Shown: positions 30,724 to 41,680, counted from the stretch's first letter. The stretch: 64,000 nucleotides of DNA from Nitrosopumilales archaeon (GCA_044507735.1 JBIQJB010000003.1:32001-96000); one strand, 5' to 3'. Numbers and translations are program-made. Notes: generated from the sequence alone by a model not told the origin.

Positions 30724-32133
30724 CTACTGCAGCCCCCCTATGACAGCCGTACAGCGGATGTAGGGCCCCCCACCATCCACCTTTGCTGGCTGGTACTTGC
30801 CACAGTAGCCAGTGCCAATATCGTACTGGAACTCGTCTCCTACCATATCGACTGACTGCAGGACTTCAAATGCATTACCGGATATGCTTGCGCCCCTCAT
30901 AAGCTCCTTCACTTCGCCATTTTCAACAAGGTAGACTTCTTCGGCACCAAACATGAATTCGCCATTCGCGTCGGCCTGTCCGTTCCTTGCACCCTTGACA
31001 AGATAGCCGTGTTTGGTCTCCTTTATCATGTCGGCAAGCTTGTCTCTCCCCGGCTCGATGAAGGTATTCCTCATACGGATCAGAGGTTCGTAGCTGTACT
31101 GGAATGCCCGAGCATTGCCGGTTGATGCAGTGTCAAAGATCGTTGCCGACTCGCGGTTGTGCAGGAAGGATTTCAATATGCCTTTTTCAATTATTGCAGT
31201 TCTCTCGGCGGAAACACCCTCATCATCCACCATTATGGTGCCGCCGGCATTGTCTGAGATCTCTGACCTGCCACTATCCACTAGTGTGACCAGCTCGCTT
31301 GCCACCTGCTGTCCAATCCTATCCTTAACCACAGAGCCAGAAAGCACGAAATCGGCCTCCACTGTGTGGCCAATGGCTTCGTGAGACAGGAGACCGACCA
31401 TTGCAGGATCTAGTATTATTGTCGCCTTCTTGCCTGTGACGTGCCCGGCTTCCAGTAACTTTGAAGCCCTTTCTGACGCAGTAATGGCATAGTCAAGATG
31501 GCTTTTCTTGAAGAGGTCGTTCCAGCCTCCCGTCACGCCGATTCCTTCATGCGCAGTCGCACTCTGACTACCCCTCTTGGCAATTGCAGAGACATTGAAC
31601 TCAGGCTTTGAATCATAAATCTCGACATCTGCACCGTCGCTGTTGACTATTGCCTTGTAGTCTAGTGTTTCGCGGTAGGTACACGACGCTGCCTTGACGG
31701 CCTTGTTGCTGCGAGCAGCTTTTTCTCCCTCCCTTACGACCTTCACCTTTTGCTCGATGTCAATGTCAGATAGGCTCCCATTAGAAGGCGCCCTGAAGGT
31801 CCCTGTAACCATCTTTGAATCGGCCAGACCCTTGACCCTGTTCTTCTTTGTCTGTGCGAGGACGCTTGCTGCCGAAATTGCTTGAGCAAGCGATTCTTTC
31901 AACAGCGAAAGGTCGTTGGTGCTGTTAAAGCCCCAGCAGCCGTCCACCAAAACCCTGATGCCACAGCCAGCAGTCTCCACCATCCTTACCCTTTCAAGAG
32001 TGCCGTTGACAAAACTGACTTCGGTGGTAAGCTTTGAATGGTAGCGCGCCTCCACATAGCTCGCGCCTCTTGAAGTAGAAATCAGCGATCTGAGTCGATC
32101 GATTGCGCTGGCATCATCGTGCATCACGTTCAT
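30724..32133 (-). CDS. tldD: TldD metalloprotease subunit
   Basis: HEAIGHTVEAD, IRMRNT, GYCGKYQP. Confidence 0.9.
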   Translation of the reverse strand: MNVMHDDASAIDRLRSLISTSRGASYVEARYHSKLTTEVSFVNGTLERVRMVETAGCGIRVLVDGCWGFNSTNDLSLLKESLAQAISAASVLAQTKKNRVKGLADSKMVTGTFRAPSNGSLSDIDIEQKVKVVREGEKAARSNKAVKAASCTYRETLDYKAIVNSDGADVEIYDSKPEFNVSAIAKRGSQSATAHEGIGVTGGWNDLFKKSHLDYAITASERASKLLEAGHVTGKKATIILDPAMVGLLSHEAIGHTVEADFVLSGSVVKDRIGQQVASELVTLVDSGRSEISDNAGGTIMVDDEGVSAERTAIIEKGILKSFLHNRESATIFDTASTGNARAFQYSYEPLIRMRNTFIEPGRDKLADMIKETKHGYLVKGARNGQADANGEFMFGAEEVYLVENGEVKELMRGASISGNAFEVLQSVDMVGDEFQYDIGTGYCGKYQPAKVDGGGPYIRCTAVIGGLQ

Positions 32134-32181
32134 GTTCCAGTCGCTACATTATCTGTATATCTGTATCTTTTTATTATATTA

Positions 32182-32586
32182 TTATTCCAGCCAGTAAGTT
32201 TTACCTGGCTTCTTGATCTGGTAGTGTGCAAACGTGCTCCCCTTCACTGCGCCGTGCCAGTGCCACTTCCAAGCTGGGATGCAGACAAAGTCTCCTTCTT
32301 CCAAGTAGTGCACTTCATCCATCTTGACGGTAGCGGTGGTGTCATTCTCCATTCTGACGGCAGTCTGCAGCGCAACGACTCCTGTCCCTTTGGTTGCGAT
32401 CAATACCTGATCTGTCTCATGGTAATGAAGCTTGGTCCTCGCACCGTCGATGAATGTTACAAGGAAGGTCTCGACTTCCCGTGTCAGCGCATCAGTTATC
32501 ATTTTCTTTATTTCGACCCTACCTTCAAAATAGTTCTGCATCGATTGATCCAAAGCCACTTGCGCAATGTTCGATTTTTGCATCAC
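32182..32586 (-). CDS. Cupin-domain protein
   Basis: GARTKLHYHETDQVL…GDFVCIPAWKWHWHG. Confidence 0.85.
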   Translation of the reverse strand: MMQKSNIAQVALDQSMQNYFEGRVEIKKMITDALTREVETFLVTFIDGARTKLHYHETDQVLIATKGTGVVALQTAVRMENDTTATVKMDEVHYLEEGDFVCIPAWKWHWHGAVKGSTFAHYQIKKPGKTYWLE

Positions 32587-32762
32587 CGCGTGTAACTGCA
32601 GGGATTCTTTTATTCATTTGGCGAGCGGCAGAACCCGCGCACTTCGCAGCGGATCGATTTTGCAGTAAATCAAGATATCTCCGCTCTTGTTTCTGAATTA
32701 GCCAGAGCACGTGAATGTGAGCGCGTCCATCTGCATCTTCTTGGGCCTTTGTCCAGACACCT

Positions 32763-33452
32763 CTAGATATCGACAGACTGACCGTTCCTGTACCTGCTGC
32801 TAAAGATCATCTCAATGATTTTTGCTGCGACTTCTTCGGGTTTCAGCATCCGGTCCCTGTTTTCACGATAATATTCCGGATCGGATTCTTGCATTCTTGT
32901 CGCTACTTCACCAGGACATATCGCCATCACCCTGATCTGATGACCTGCGACCTCCCATGCGAGGCTCTCTGTCAGCCCCATCATGCCAAACTTGCTTGCG
33001 CAATAGGCGGAGAGGCTATCAAAGCCGACCTTGCCAGCTCCAGAGCTGACGTTGATAATTGTGCCGGAATTATTGCTAAACATGTATGGCAGGACGGCCT
33101 TTGAGCACAGGAATGTACCCTTTAGGTTCACGTCGAGTATTTGGTCCCACTCTTCATCAGATGTGTCTACCAGCTTCTTTACAGCAAAGATTCCTGCGTT
33201 GTTTACAAGAATGTCAACTCCGCCAAATTCTTGAACAGCTCTCTTTACCAAGTTGTCCACATGCAGTGAGTTGGCGACGTCACATCTTATTCCAATCACG
33301 CCAGCATGAATACCGTTGATGACTTTGACGGTGTCGTCAATTTCGTTCTGCGTCCGTGAGCAGACGACCACATCTACACCCCGCTCGGCAAGCATGATGG
33401 CAGTCGCCCTGCCTATTCCTCTACCGCTTCCGGTAACTATGGCAGCAGCCAT
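32763..33452 (-). CDS. Short-chain dehydrogenase/reductase
   Basis: TGSGRGIG, NNAG, YCASK. Confidence 0.93.
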   Translation of the reverse strand: MAAAIVTGSGRGIGRATAIMLAERGVDVVVCSRTQNEIDDTVKVINGIHAGVIGIRCDVANSLHVDNLVKRAVQEFGGVDILVNNAGIFAVKKLVDTSDEEWDQILDVNLKGTFLCSKAVLPYMFSNNSGTIINVSSGAGKVGFDSLSAYCASKFGMMGLTESLAWEVAGHQIRVMAICPGEVATRMQESDPEYYRENRDRMLKPEEVAAKIIEMIFSSRYRNGQSVDI

Positions 33453-33518
33453 TGTCAGACAAAACTCCAGACGTGGTAGAGGATAAAAAATCTAACAGTT
33501 ATATCATGTCTTGAATGC

Positions 33519-34529
33519 ATGAGTATCCGGATGGACGTCATACCAGCGACTCCTGCTCCGGAATTTAGGGAGATTTCTGGATGGGCAAACTCGCAGCCTC
33601 TTTCAATAAAGGGTCTCAAGGGCAACGTGGTACTACTTGATTGCTGGACATACACTTGCATATTTTGCCTGCGCACCATTCCAATACTGAGGCGCCTGCA
33701 ACAAAAATATGGAAAATACGGCCTGCAGGTCGTACAGGCACATTCTGCAGAATACCAGTTTGCGACCGATCACGGCAATATCAATAGGGCCCTCCAGCGC
33801 TATAACGTTGACATCCCCAACGCGTTTGACACAAAGAACAAGACGTGGGACGCATACGGCAACATGTACTGGCCAAAACACGTCCTCATTGATCATAATG
33901 GGTTTATCCGCTACGAACACGCGGGCTATGGAGGCATGGCCGATTTTGAAGATACTGTCGTCGAGCTTTTGGAGGAAGCTGGCAAGAAACCAACAGAGGA
34001 GAGAGACGATGTCGACCCAAGCGACGAGATCTATGACACCTATGGCATGCACTTTTACGGTATGGCTCCAGAAACCTGCGTCGGGTATTCACGCCTCAGG
34101 CACTTTGGGAACAACCAGAGGCTCAAGCCAGATGCTGCGAATGTTGTAGTTGATCCCGGCTCTCACGATGTCAACGTGGTTTACCTGCGAGGAAAGTGGA
34201 TTTGGCAAAGAGAGGGCGTTCAGTACGCGCCGGGTGGCAAAGAGCAGAACCCGGCTGTGATTATGAATTACAATGCTGCCAGTAGAGTGCATGGCATAAT
34301 GGGCACGTCAGACGGCAAGCCAGGCAGGATTGAAATTAAACTTGACGGCAATTACTTGACCAAGGATCAGCTAGGAAAGGATGCGAGGCTTGAAGGAAAC
34401 ATCAGCATTGCTGATATCAACTGGCCCTTCATGCACAATCTGGTCAAGACTGAAAAGCCGGAGATGCACGAAATAGAGATAATCCCGCGGTCTGACAATT
34501 TTGTGTTCTACACGTTTGTTTTCGGGTAA
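33519..34529 (+). CDS. Redoxin/thioredoxin-like protein (DipZ C-terminal-like)
   Basis: WTYTCIFC, YGNMYWP, C-terminal FYTFVFG. Confidence 0.85.
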   Translation: MSIRMDVIPATPAPEFREISGWANSQPLSIKGLKGNVVLLDCWTYTCIFCLRTIPILRRLQQKYGKYGLQVVQAHSAEYQFATDHGNINRALQRYNVDIPNAFDTKNKTWDAYGNMYWPKHVLIDHNGFIRYEHAGYGGMADFEDTVVELLEEAGKKPTEERDDVDPSDEIYDTYGMHFYGMAPETCVGYSRLRHFGNNQRLKPDAANVVVDPGSHDVNVVYLRGKWIWQREGVQYAPGGKEQNPAVIMNYNAASRVHGIMGTSDGKPGRIEIKLDGNYLTKDQLGKDARLEGNISIADINWPFMHNLVKTEKPEMHEIEIIPRSDNFVFYTFVFG

Positions 34530-34562
34530 GTTTTTTATCCTTGATCCGAGGGTTCTTGAGTC

Positions 34563-35048
34563 ATGGAAGAAAAGCAGGCCGAGCTCGCAGAAGGCAGCAT
34601 TGCTCCCGACTTTACAATGAAAGACAAGAACGGCAAGACATTCAAACTATCAGACTTGCGCGGCAAAAAGAGTGCCGTAGTCTACTTTTATCCAAGAGAC
34701 TTCACGCCCGGCTGCACAACAGAAGCCACCGAGTTTTCCCGTGACTACAAGAAGTTCAAGGATGCAGGCATTGAGATCATTGGCATATCGCCCGATGACG
34801 AGGAGTCGCATGACAAGTTCCGCGCCAAGATGGGTATGCCATATCCGCTCGTTGCAGACACAGAAAACAAAGTGTCCAGAATGTACGGAGTATATGGTCT
34901 CAAGAGCTTTATGGGCAAAGAGTACATGGGCGTCAACCGCTCCACTTTCCTTGTAGACAAGTCCGGCAAAATAATCAAGATTTTCAGAAGGGTCAAGCCT
35001 GCCGGGCACAGCCAGGAAGTGTTTGAGGCGATGAGAAGCCAGAGCTAG
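34563..35048 (+). CDS. bcp: Peroxiredoxin, BCP type
   Basis: YFYPRDFTPGCTTEA. Confidence 0.9.
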   Translation: MEEKQAELAEGSIAPDFTMKDKNGKTFKLSDLRGKKSAVVYFYPRDFTPGCTTEATEFSRDYKKFKDAGIEIIGISPDDEESHDKFRAKMGMPYPLVADTENKVSRMYGVYGLKSFMGKEYMGVNRSTFLVDKSGKIIKIFRRVKPAGHSQEVFEAMRSQS

Positions 35049-35392
35049 CGCCTGCGTTGGTCAAATGCGTAAAAATCTGACATTGGATCAATCCTGCGAT
35101 TGTTCATCACAATCCCGATAAGCGCGCGCATCTCGTCGCAGCATTCTATGAACCTCATGCCCTTTTCTGTGGTGCGATAGATATTGTTGTCGTCAATGTC
35201 AAGAGTCTTTTCAATCAGGTTGTGGGCAAGAAGCGCCGAGAAATAGCTTTCTGCCTGCGTGCTGCTGATGTTGGCCTTGTAGAGGATGTGGGTCTTTTTC
35301 GCACCGCCGCCCATGGCGGAGAGCAGGATGTCATAGACAATATCCACCTTGCTCCGGTGTCTCTCGATCCTAGGCTCATAAGGTGAATCCAT
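35045..35392 (-). CDS. Winged-helix transcriptional regulator
   Basis: RSKVDIVYDIL…KKTHILYKAN…YRTTEKG. Confidence 0.85.
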   Translation of the reverse strand: MDSPYEPRIERHRSKVDIVYDILLSAMGGGAKKTHILYKANISSTQAESYFSALLAHNLIEKTLDIDDNNIYRTTEKGMRFIECCDEMRALIGIVMNNRRIDPMSDFYAFDQRRR

Positions 35393-35460
35393 CGTATGCC
35401 AAAATGTCACAGATTTTTTATACTTAATAGATCTACGCAACAAGAATCTGTACGCATATT

Positions 35461-35877
35461 CTATTTTGCTGCATCAACCAGCTCTGAAAGGTGCTGCAGG
35501 ATCCGGATATGGTGCTCCTCATCAACGCTGATGCTCTTTAGCAACTCGGCAGTTTCCGGGTCGTCCGCCAGCTCGGCACATCGCAAGAGAGTGTCTCTTG
35601 AGTTCTGTTCGTCCTTGATCGATTCGGCGATCCCCTTCTTGGTGAGGCTAGCGCTGCCAGTGGCCCCTTCGATGCCAGCCATTATCTTAGAGATATACTC
35701 GATATGGCGCAGTCCGTCTGAGAGCAGAGAGTGCAGGTAGCTTCTGACAAGGTTATTCTCAACGGTCGTAAGCACTGACATGTAATGCATGAGTTCCTTG
35801 ACTTCAGCGTCGTGCTGTTCCTTTAGCATCGAGTAGAGCTTTTGTTTCCGTTCCATCTGTCTGAGCCGCGAATCCAT
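35461..35877 (-). CDS. Ferritin/rubrerythrin-like protein
   Basis: DGLRH and DEEHH four-helix-bundle motifs. Confidence 0.75.
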   Translation of the reverse strand: MDSRLRQMERKQKLYSMLKEQHDAEVKELMHYMSVLTTVENNLVRSYLHSLLSDGLRHIEYISKIMAGIEGATGSASLTKKGIAESIKDEQNSRDTLLRCAELADDPETAELLKSISVDEEHHIRILQHLSELVDAAK

Positions 35878-35955
35878 CCTTGGCTCTAAGATGGAATAGC
35901 CTGCAATAAAAAAATGGTGGTCGTGTCTGTTGTACGTTTAAATAACTTCTCCAGC

Positions 35956-36099
35956 ATGTTCCTGCTGCACTTGGCGTCGATACAGAGTATCTGTGACTGC
36001 CCCTGCCACAAAAAGTATGGCGACAAGTCAATCTGCGGGAAATGCGTCGACCGACACAAGACCTCTCCTTACTACCACATCCTCAAGAAATTCGACTAG
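35956..36099 (+). CDS. Small Cys/His-rich protein
   Basis: MFLLHLASIQSICDCPCHKKYGDKSICGKCVDRH…. Confidence 0.5.
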   Translation: MFLLHLASIQSICDCPCHKKYGDKSICGKCVDRHKTSPYYHILKKFD

Positions 36100-36143
36100 C
36101 TAGCCTCGGCATCATTAAAATATTATCATCTCATATTTGATAT

Positions 36144-37361
36144 GTGAAAGCCTCAACCCTCCTGATTATTGCATTGATAGCAGGTGGCGCGGTGGCGGTA
36201 TTTGCCCTTGTTGCGAGCCAGCCGCAGCCCGACCGTAACATAATAGGTGGCGGAATTGTTGATGGTGGCGAATCGATTCAAGTTGTCTTTGAAAATGCCA
36301 CGAATTTGACTGACAATCAACAGGACTCTGTCTATGGCCAGGTCGCGGCTTGGAACAACAGCGTGTATGTCATATGGCAGGATTCCGTCAGTGGGAGGAA
36401 TTACGACATCTTTATCAAGAAAAGCATCGACAATGGCACGACCTTCGGATCGCATATCAATCTTAGCAATAACTCTGGCTTCTCTGAACATCCCCAATTG
36501 TCAGTGTATGGAAGCAACGTGTATGCAGTGTGGACGGACAACACCCCAGGTAATAGAGAGATTCTTTTCTCGAGAAGCACAGACAATGGAACCAGCTTTG
36601 AACCCATACAGAACCTCAGTAGAGACAGTTCTGACTCGTACAACCAAGAGATAGCTGCCCATGGAGATAAAGTGTATGTAGTGTGGCTCGACCGGAACAT
36701 GGAAGATGGCTCGCGCATCCTCTTGAAGTCGAGCATTGATAGAGGGGCGACCTTTGGAGAAACAGTAGAAATAAGCGACATAGCAGACATTGGTTCTTTT
36801 CCCAAGGTCGCAGCATATGGAAACAATAGTGTCTATGTGACTTGGAATGTATTGAATAGTGGAAGCGATGATGGACTTTACTTTGTAAAAAGCTCCGATG
36901 GCGGGAGGACATTTAGCAACCCCCTCAAGCTTACTGACAGCGCAGGTGAGTCACAGGTTGCCGCTTACAATGGGACAGTCTTTGTGATATCGGGAGGTCT
37001 TGATCCTATAGATATTAGCGGCTTCTACTTCTTCAAGAGCATTGACGGCGGAGAGACATTCGCTGACCCGCTCCTGATTGATGCAAATGGAGTATTTCTA
37101 AACCCCACTAACGTCGAAATTGCCCCGGTGAGCAGTGATCTGGCATATGTTGCTGGGCAGGTCTTTGCAGACGGCAACGAAGAAATCCTTCTTTTGACCG
37201 TCGATGGTGACAACGCTACTGGCACGGTAAACCTGAGCAAAAACGCAAAGATATCCGAGTGTCCGTCGATTGCAATAGCTGGCAATAACATCTATGTCGT
37301 ATGGGAAGACATGACTCCCGGCAACCATGACATACTATATGCGAGAGGGAGCAAGACCTGA
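36144..37361 (+). CDS. Secreted BNR/Asp-box repeat (sialidase-like beta-propeller) protein
   Basis: Signal/TM helix; repeated SxDxGxTF motifs and VYVVW strands. Confidence 0.85.
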   Translation: MKASTLLIIALIAGGAVAVFALVASQPQPDRNIIGGGIVDGGESIQVVFENATNLTDNQQDSVYGQVAAWNNSVYVIWQDSVSGRNYDIFIKKSIDNGTTFGSHINLSNNSGFSEHPQLSVYGSNVYAVWTDNTPGNREILFSRSTDNGTSFEPIQNLSRDSSDSYNQEIAAHGDKVYVVWLDRNMEDGSRILLKSSIDRGATFGETVEISDIADIGSFPKVAAYGNNSVYVTWNVLNSGSDDGLYFVKSSDGGRTFSNPLKLTDSAGESQVAAYNGTVFVISGGLDPIDISGFYFFKSIDGGETFADPLLIDANGVFLNPTNVEIAPVSSDLAYVAGQVFADGNEEILLLTVDGDNATGTVNLSKNAKISECPSIAIAGNNIYVVWEDMTPGNHDILYARGSKT

Positions 37362-37618
37362 AGATTTGAAAAAAGGTGCGGGATTATAGTTTAGCACTCT
37401 TATTCACACCTGTACTGCAGCTGCATCATTATAAAAATTTCCTTGAGCATATGCTATACAATAACTGAGAATTATGTTTCGATTTTGACTGGCTTAACAG
37501 AATGTAGTTAGCCTATAGGATAATAATACATGTGTAATAGCATTAAGTTAAAATAGATTTTGTTGTGGCGAAAAGATAAAAAAGAAAAGTGAATTTTCTT
37601 GTACGGGTATTATGGCTG

Positions 37619-38254
37619 CTATCTTATAGTTTGCGCGGCTTGTATTAGCTCTGACAGCGGAACGTATCCTTGGAACAGGTATGCCGTACTATTATTTACT
37701 ACCATAGACAGCTCGGCTGGTACTGCTTCTGTTGATCTAGATATTTCTTTGTGATCGCTGTCCTCTATTACAACTATTCCTGCGTCAGGACCACCCTCTT
37801 TGCCCCAAGCAGGATTGTTGTTTATTGTCAGTGTCCTCGGCTGAAGATCAGGCCTTTTTGCCAAGACAGCAGCGTTTAGCTCTTCGTAATTCTTCACTGG
37901 ATCGAGTCCTGATGTTTTTGGTTCTATCGTAATATGTATAGTATCTCCATTCCTTGTGGCGTTGTCTAGATTCTCTTTTACGAATACAGGTTGTTTTGAG
38001 TATATCAGGTGTACAGAGCTTGGTTCCGCGAATATGCACGCCAAGTGTCTGTCGCCGATGGTTGAGGGCGGCATTGTGTAATTGAATGCTGCTACAGTTC
38101 TAGCAAAGTCCGAAGCTAAACATCCTGTCATATCGGGCGTACTGCTTAGCGAGTTTGAAATTACTATGCCTGCCATTATGGAGATGGCTGCTACCGCGAT
38201 GCCTACTGGGATTAACACTTTGGAACTTTTGTTCAATTGCATTTCTCTTTTCAT
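37619..38254 (-). CDS. Hypothetical membrane-anchored protein
   Basis: N-terminal TM helix; starts 4 nt after the stop of the upstream gene. Confidence 0.65.
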   Translation of the reverse strand: MKREMQLNKSSKVLIPVGIAVAAISIMAGIVISNSLSSTPDMTGCLASDFARTVAAFNYTMPPSTIGDRHLACIFAEPSSVHLIYSKQPVFVKENLDNATRNGDTIHITIEPKTSGLDPVKNYEELNAAVLAKRPDLQPRTLTINNNPAWGKEGGPDAGIVVIEDSDHKEISRSTEAVPAELSMVVNNSTAYLFQGYVPLSELIQAAQTIR

Positions 38255-38258
38255 CCTC

Positions 38259-39098
38259 CTAATCTACCGCATCTGTCGATCCCAATCCAGAACATGAATT
38301 GGATTCGCCAGTCGGTGTGGGCGGTCCCATATGTGCAGTGACATCTGTATGCATGTGTACATAGTATGGCGAGTTTGTCGTGCATAGATTTGTCTGAGTC
38401 TGGTATCCCCAGCTATTCCAATTGCTTGTTGTTGTTTCCTTTCCGTATACGTTTTGATAGTACTGTGCATTGGTTGAATCACCTAAATAATTGCTACTAG
38501 ATGTTGTCCATGCCGATATGCGTGGGTGTCCTAAATGAAATTTTGTAAATGTCACAAAGTCATTGTACAGCGTCGTACCCCCAGTTGTCTTTACAAATCT
38601 GGCCCAATCATTCCCTGTTTCATCGTTGGCTGTTCTATATACCAAGAATGACCTTGTTATTGGTTTTGACGTGCTTGTCTCATCATACGCAAGTGTGTAG
38701 ACTTTGTAGCTAATGGGTATGTCGTTCATGTAAAACGCATCCCATGTTCTCCAATTTCCACCTGCATCTTTCATTTTCAACCAGCCTGATCCTACTGCAC
38801 CTACGTTACTTTCATCTGCGGCATGGTAGTACGATATGTAGCTTTCATATAAGCAATGTGCATCGAGATTACTGCAGGTTATGCTGCCCGGATTTAGTAC
38901 ATTTAACCAGCCTTTGACTCCTCCCATTATCTGTCTTCCATCATGTTTCTCCCAATCAGATCGGTAAGCCAAGGCGGACGGAATGGCACTCGCTCCTACT
39001 AAGGAAATAACAAGGGCCATAGCCAAAATAACATCCACTTTTGCGAACCTGGCCGTTGGTGATGACATGCCAGTACTCTTACTGGATTCACCTGTCAT
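38259..39098 (-). CDS. Hypothetical secreted beta-rich protein
   Basis: Signal-peptide-like segment ending ALA; rich in Thr/Ser/Tyr/Trp; four Cys. Confidence 0.7.
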   Translation of the reverse strand: MTGESSKSTGMSSPTARFAKVDVILAMALVISLVGASAIPSALAYRSDWEKHDGRQIMGGVKGWLNVLNPGSITCSNLDAHCLYESYISYYHAADESNVGAVGSGWLKMKDAGGNWRTWDAFYMNDIPISYKVYTLAYDETSTSKPITRSFLVYRTANDETGNDWARFVKTTGGTTLYNDFVTFTKFHLGHPRISAWTTSSSNYLGDSTNAQYYQNVYGKETTTSNWNSWGYQTQTNLCTTNSPYYVHMHTDVTAHMGPPTPTGESNSCSGLGSTDAVD

Positions 39099-39499
39099 TA
39101 TTATTTAATATAACATGGAACTAGTTAAGGATGTTGGCTATTTATGGATGTCAGTGATTGCATATTTCCAGATAGGGAAACTAATCAGAACTAAAAATGA
39201 AACGAATTCCGTCCAGCGGTGGGCTTTGTGGAAAAAGCAATAACCCATAAAAATAAAGTCATGCGTACAAACAGCTATCTGAGCACAATCTATCGACTTT
39301 TTAAACAAAGCCTCCAGCGGTGATATTATTATCTTATTTCCATTAAACATTTATCCAAATGAAAGCCGCTATTTGGGTAAAATCTTAAATATAGTGCATC
39401 AAACGTTTCGATACCTGTTCATTAGCAGCACCGCTTTGAGTAACCAGCAAATTTATGAATATTGAGATTATTAACTCATGCAGGGTTTCTAATATCATC

Positions 39500-39742
39500 A
39501 TGGTACGCTTTGCCGAAGACAAGAACTTGGATAGTGCAATGAGACAGTTGTAAGAATTCAAGATTTTAGAATATGTAGAAGCTGGCGACAGTTACCAGTC
39601 CACGCACGCATTCCGCGAATTTGTAAAGAAGCTCTATGATATATGGTCTGCGGATCCCGATTCGTTTCCATTCAGAGAAGAAGGAAATAACAGCGTGGAC
39701 GATTTCTTTCTTTGTTTATCTGATAGAGCAATACGTAGGGCG
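39500..39742 (+). pseudogene. Gene fragment with an internal stop, truncated by the IS
   Basis: MVRFAEDKNLDSAMRQL*EFKILEYVEAGDSYQSTHAFREFVKKLYDIW… runs up to the IS left end. Confidence 0.35.
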
Positions 39743-39816
39743 TGGTCCGGACCCATCTAGAATGAGAACACCCGTCAATGGAGACATTTTTACTCCACAA
39801 GTAGGAGGTCTGACAT

Positions 39817-40110
39817 ATGCCGGGTGGTAAATGGACAGCCGACGACAAAATACGGATAGTGTTGGAATCGCTGACCACAAACATCACCGTAGCCGAGCTC
39901 TGCCGCAAGTACAACGTAAACCCAAACCAGTACTACGTCTGGAAGCAGCGCTTCATCGAAGGAGGCGAGCTGGCACTGACCAGTACAAAACAGGAAAACG
40001 TCAACAAGGACCTGGCTGCAGAAAACGAGCGCCTGAAGAAGCTGATTGGCGAGCTGACCATAGCCAACGACGCGTTTAAAAAAACGTTAGAGGCAGGGAG
40101 GAGAGGCTAG
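39817..40110 (+). CDS. IS3-family transposase OrfA (HTH)
   Basis: KWTADDKIRIVLE…ELCRKYNV…YVWK…ENERLKKLIGEL. Confidence 0.88.
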   Translation: MPGGKWTADDKIRIVLESLTTNITVAELCRKYNVNPNQYYVWKQRFIEGGELALTSTKQENVNKDLAAENERLKKLIGELTIANDAFKKTLEAGRRG

Positions 40111-40812
40111 CTGTGGTACAGGAAATGAAGGACAGTGGCCTGAGCCTGAGAAAGGCCCTTGACTATGCAGGATGCAGCAACAACCTGTACTACTGCCACA
40201 AACCAGAACCGCGAGACATTCCATTGGATCAGAAGATACTGGAAAAGACCAAGGAGATAGCTGCACAAAGGCCAACCTATGGTACAAGGAGGATGGCTGC
40301 CATGCTCAGCCGGGAGCTTGGCATACCTGTTAACAGAAAGCGGGTGCAGAGAATATTCCGCAGGCTGGGCTATGTTACACCATCCAAGACAAAGCGGGAA
40401 ATCATACGTGCGAAGGAAAAGCCTGTGAAAGCTACGCGGCCAAACGAGGTCTGGGAGGTGGACATGACGTACATCTGGTGCGGCATCGATGGCTGGGGCT
40501 ACCTGTTCAACGCGTTCGACGTGTACACGCGGGAATGGCTGGGCTACTGCTTCGACCTGTCTGCAGTCAAGGAGAACGCCATAATATATCGGTAGAGAAC
40601 GCCCTGGTGAGCCATGGCGACGTGGTACCGGAAAGGCTGACCATACGCGCAGACAACGGCTCGCAGTACACATCAAATGCATGCAGGCTGAAGCTGCCAT
40701 AAAAGAAGCGTTCCTTGACTACAACCAGTACAGGATCCACTCTTCACTGGGATACCTGACACCGTACGAATACGTCGCAAAGTGCAAAACACAGGTGATA
40801 AATAGTGCCTGA
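40083..40812 (+). pseudogene. IS3-family transposase OrfB (DDE), frameshifted and internally deleted
   Basis: YGTRR, WEVDMTY, ADNGSQY and C-terminal YNQYRIHSSLGYLTP present; frameshift at ATAATATATC (~40585); segment with the third catalytic residue missing at ~40680. Confidence 0.8.
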
Positions 40813-41379
40813 AAGTACCCCTAAAATGATGGAAAAACCGTTCTCAAAGTACGGGGTCCACTCCAGTTGGGAAGCTTGTGGGAGCTGTTGACAACAACAA
40901 AGAAAAAGAGATCAAGGACGTACTTTTGAAATAAGAACCAGCAAATACAAGACAAAATAATGTCGTGTGTTTGTGAACGCAAAGGTAGACAATCAACAGA
41001 AATGGTAACGCAATGATGAGCAAAAAACGACAGCAGAAAGCAAAGCGAATCTTATCATACAACGTAGTTGAGCAAAATGAAAATGTATGATAAGGTAAAA
41101 GAAAATTGGACATGAAAATGGATAATGCGGGGAGGATCTCTGGCACCAACAACAATCGACCTTCTGACATCAAGAGTCCGTGTAATATCTTTGCCATTCT
41201 GCCGCATAACTACAGCAAGCGCTGAAAGTGCAAGACCTGTGCTTTTTGGCAGCAATGTCCTTTTGATTCGATTCAGTGTCCATAACCAAGCTTTGACAGA
41301 CAGGTCTCAAGGTCGTTGGATCAGTTCTACTTCTGACCCTACGATCATTGAGGGCTACGGTCCCTGCGCAGGATGCAAC

Positions 41380-41680
41380 TGGCACCACTAATCCCCAGAT
41401 ATGCCTGGTGCCACTTCTGGTGCCAAATAGTACATCCATATCATCCTGCAAGTTGGCACCATGGTGCCATTTTTTGATACCAGAGCTTGGTTCTGGTGCC
41501 AAACATGACGCTGGTATCATCCATTTTGGCACCACTGGTGCCACATATTCACGCTCTGGTGCCAAAAATGATACCACTGGTACCACGCAGACTGCACAGA
41601 TGTAACTGAAAATGAATCGATTTGTCTAAAGATGGGTTTGGTGCTACTGCACCCCGCCTGTTCTGGTACCGGTGGTACCA
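41380..41680. repeat. Cluster of TGGYRCCA-type quasi-palindromic octamers
   Basis: Copies at 41380, 41406, 41418, 41454, 41462, 41475, 41494, 41512, 41527, 41536, 41557, 41569, 41578, 41639, 41664 and 41673 (some with one mismatch); one outlier at 41141. Confidence 0.85.

Larger units (their letters stand above)
39743..40865 (+). mobile_element. IS3-family insertion sequence, defective
   Basis: Imperfect IRs TGGTCCGGACCC…TGAGAAC / GTTCTCA…GGGTCCACTCCA with TG…CA ends; orfA and orfB; A7 slippery site near 40078-40084. Confidence 0.85.

Noticed and set aside
41380-41680. Possible CRISPR array
   Set aside because: The unit is only 8 bp, occurs in both orientations with irregular spacing, and no cas genes are in the window
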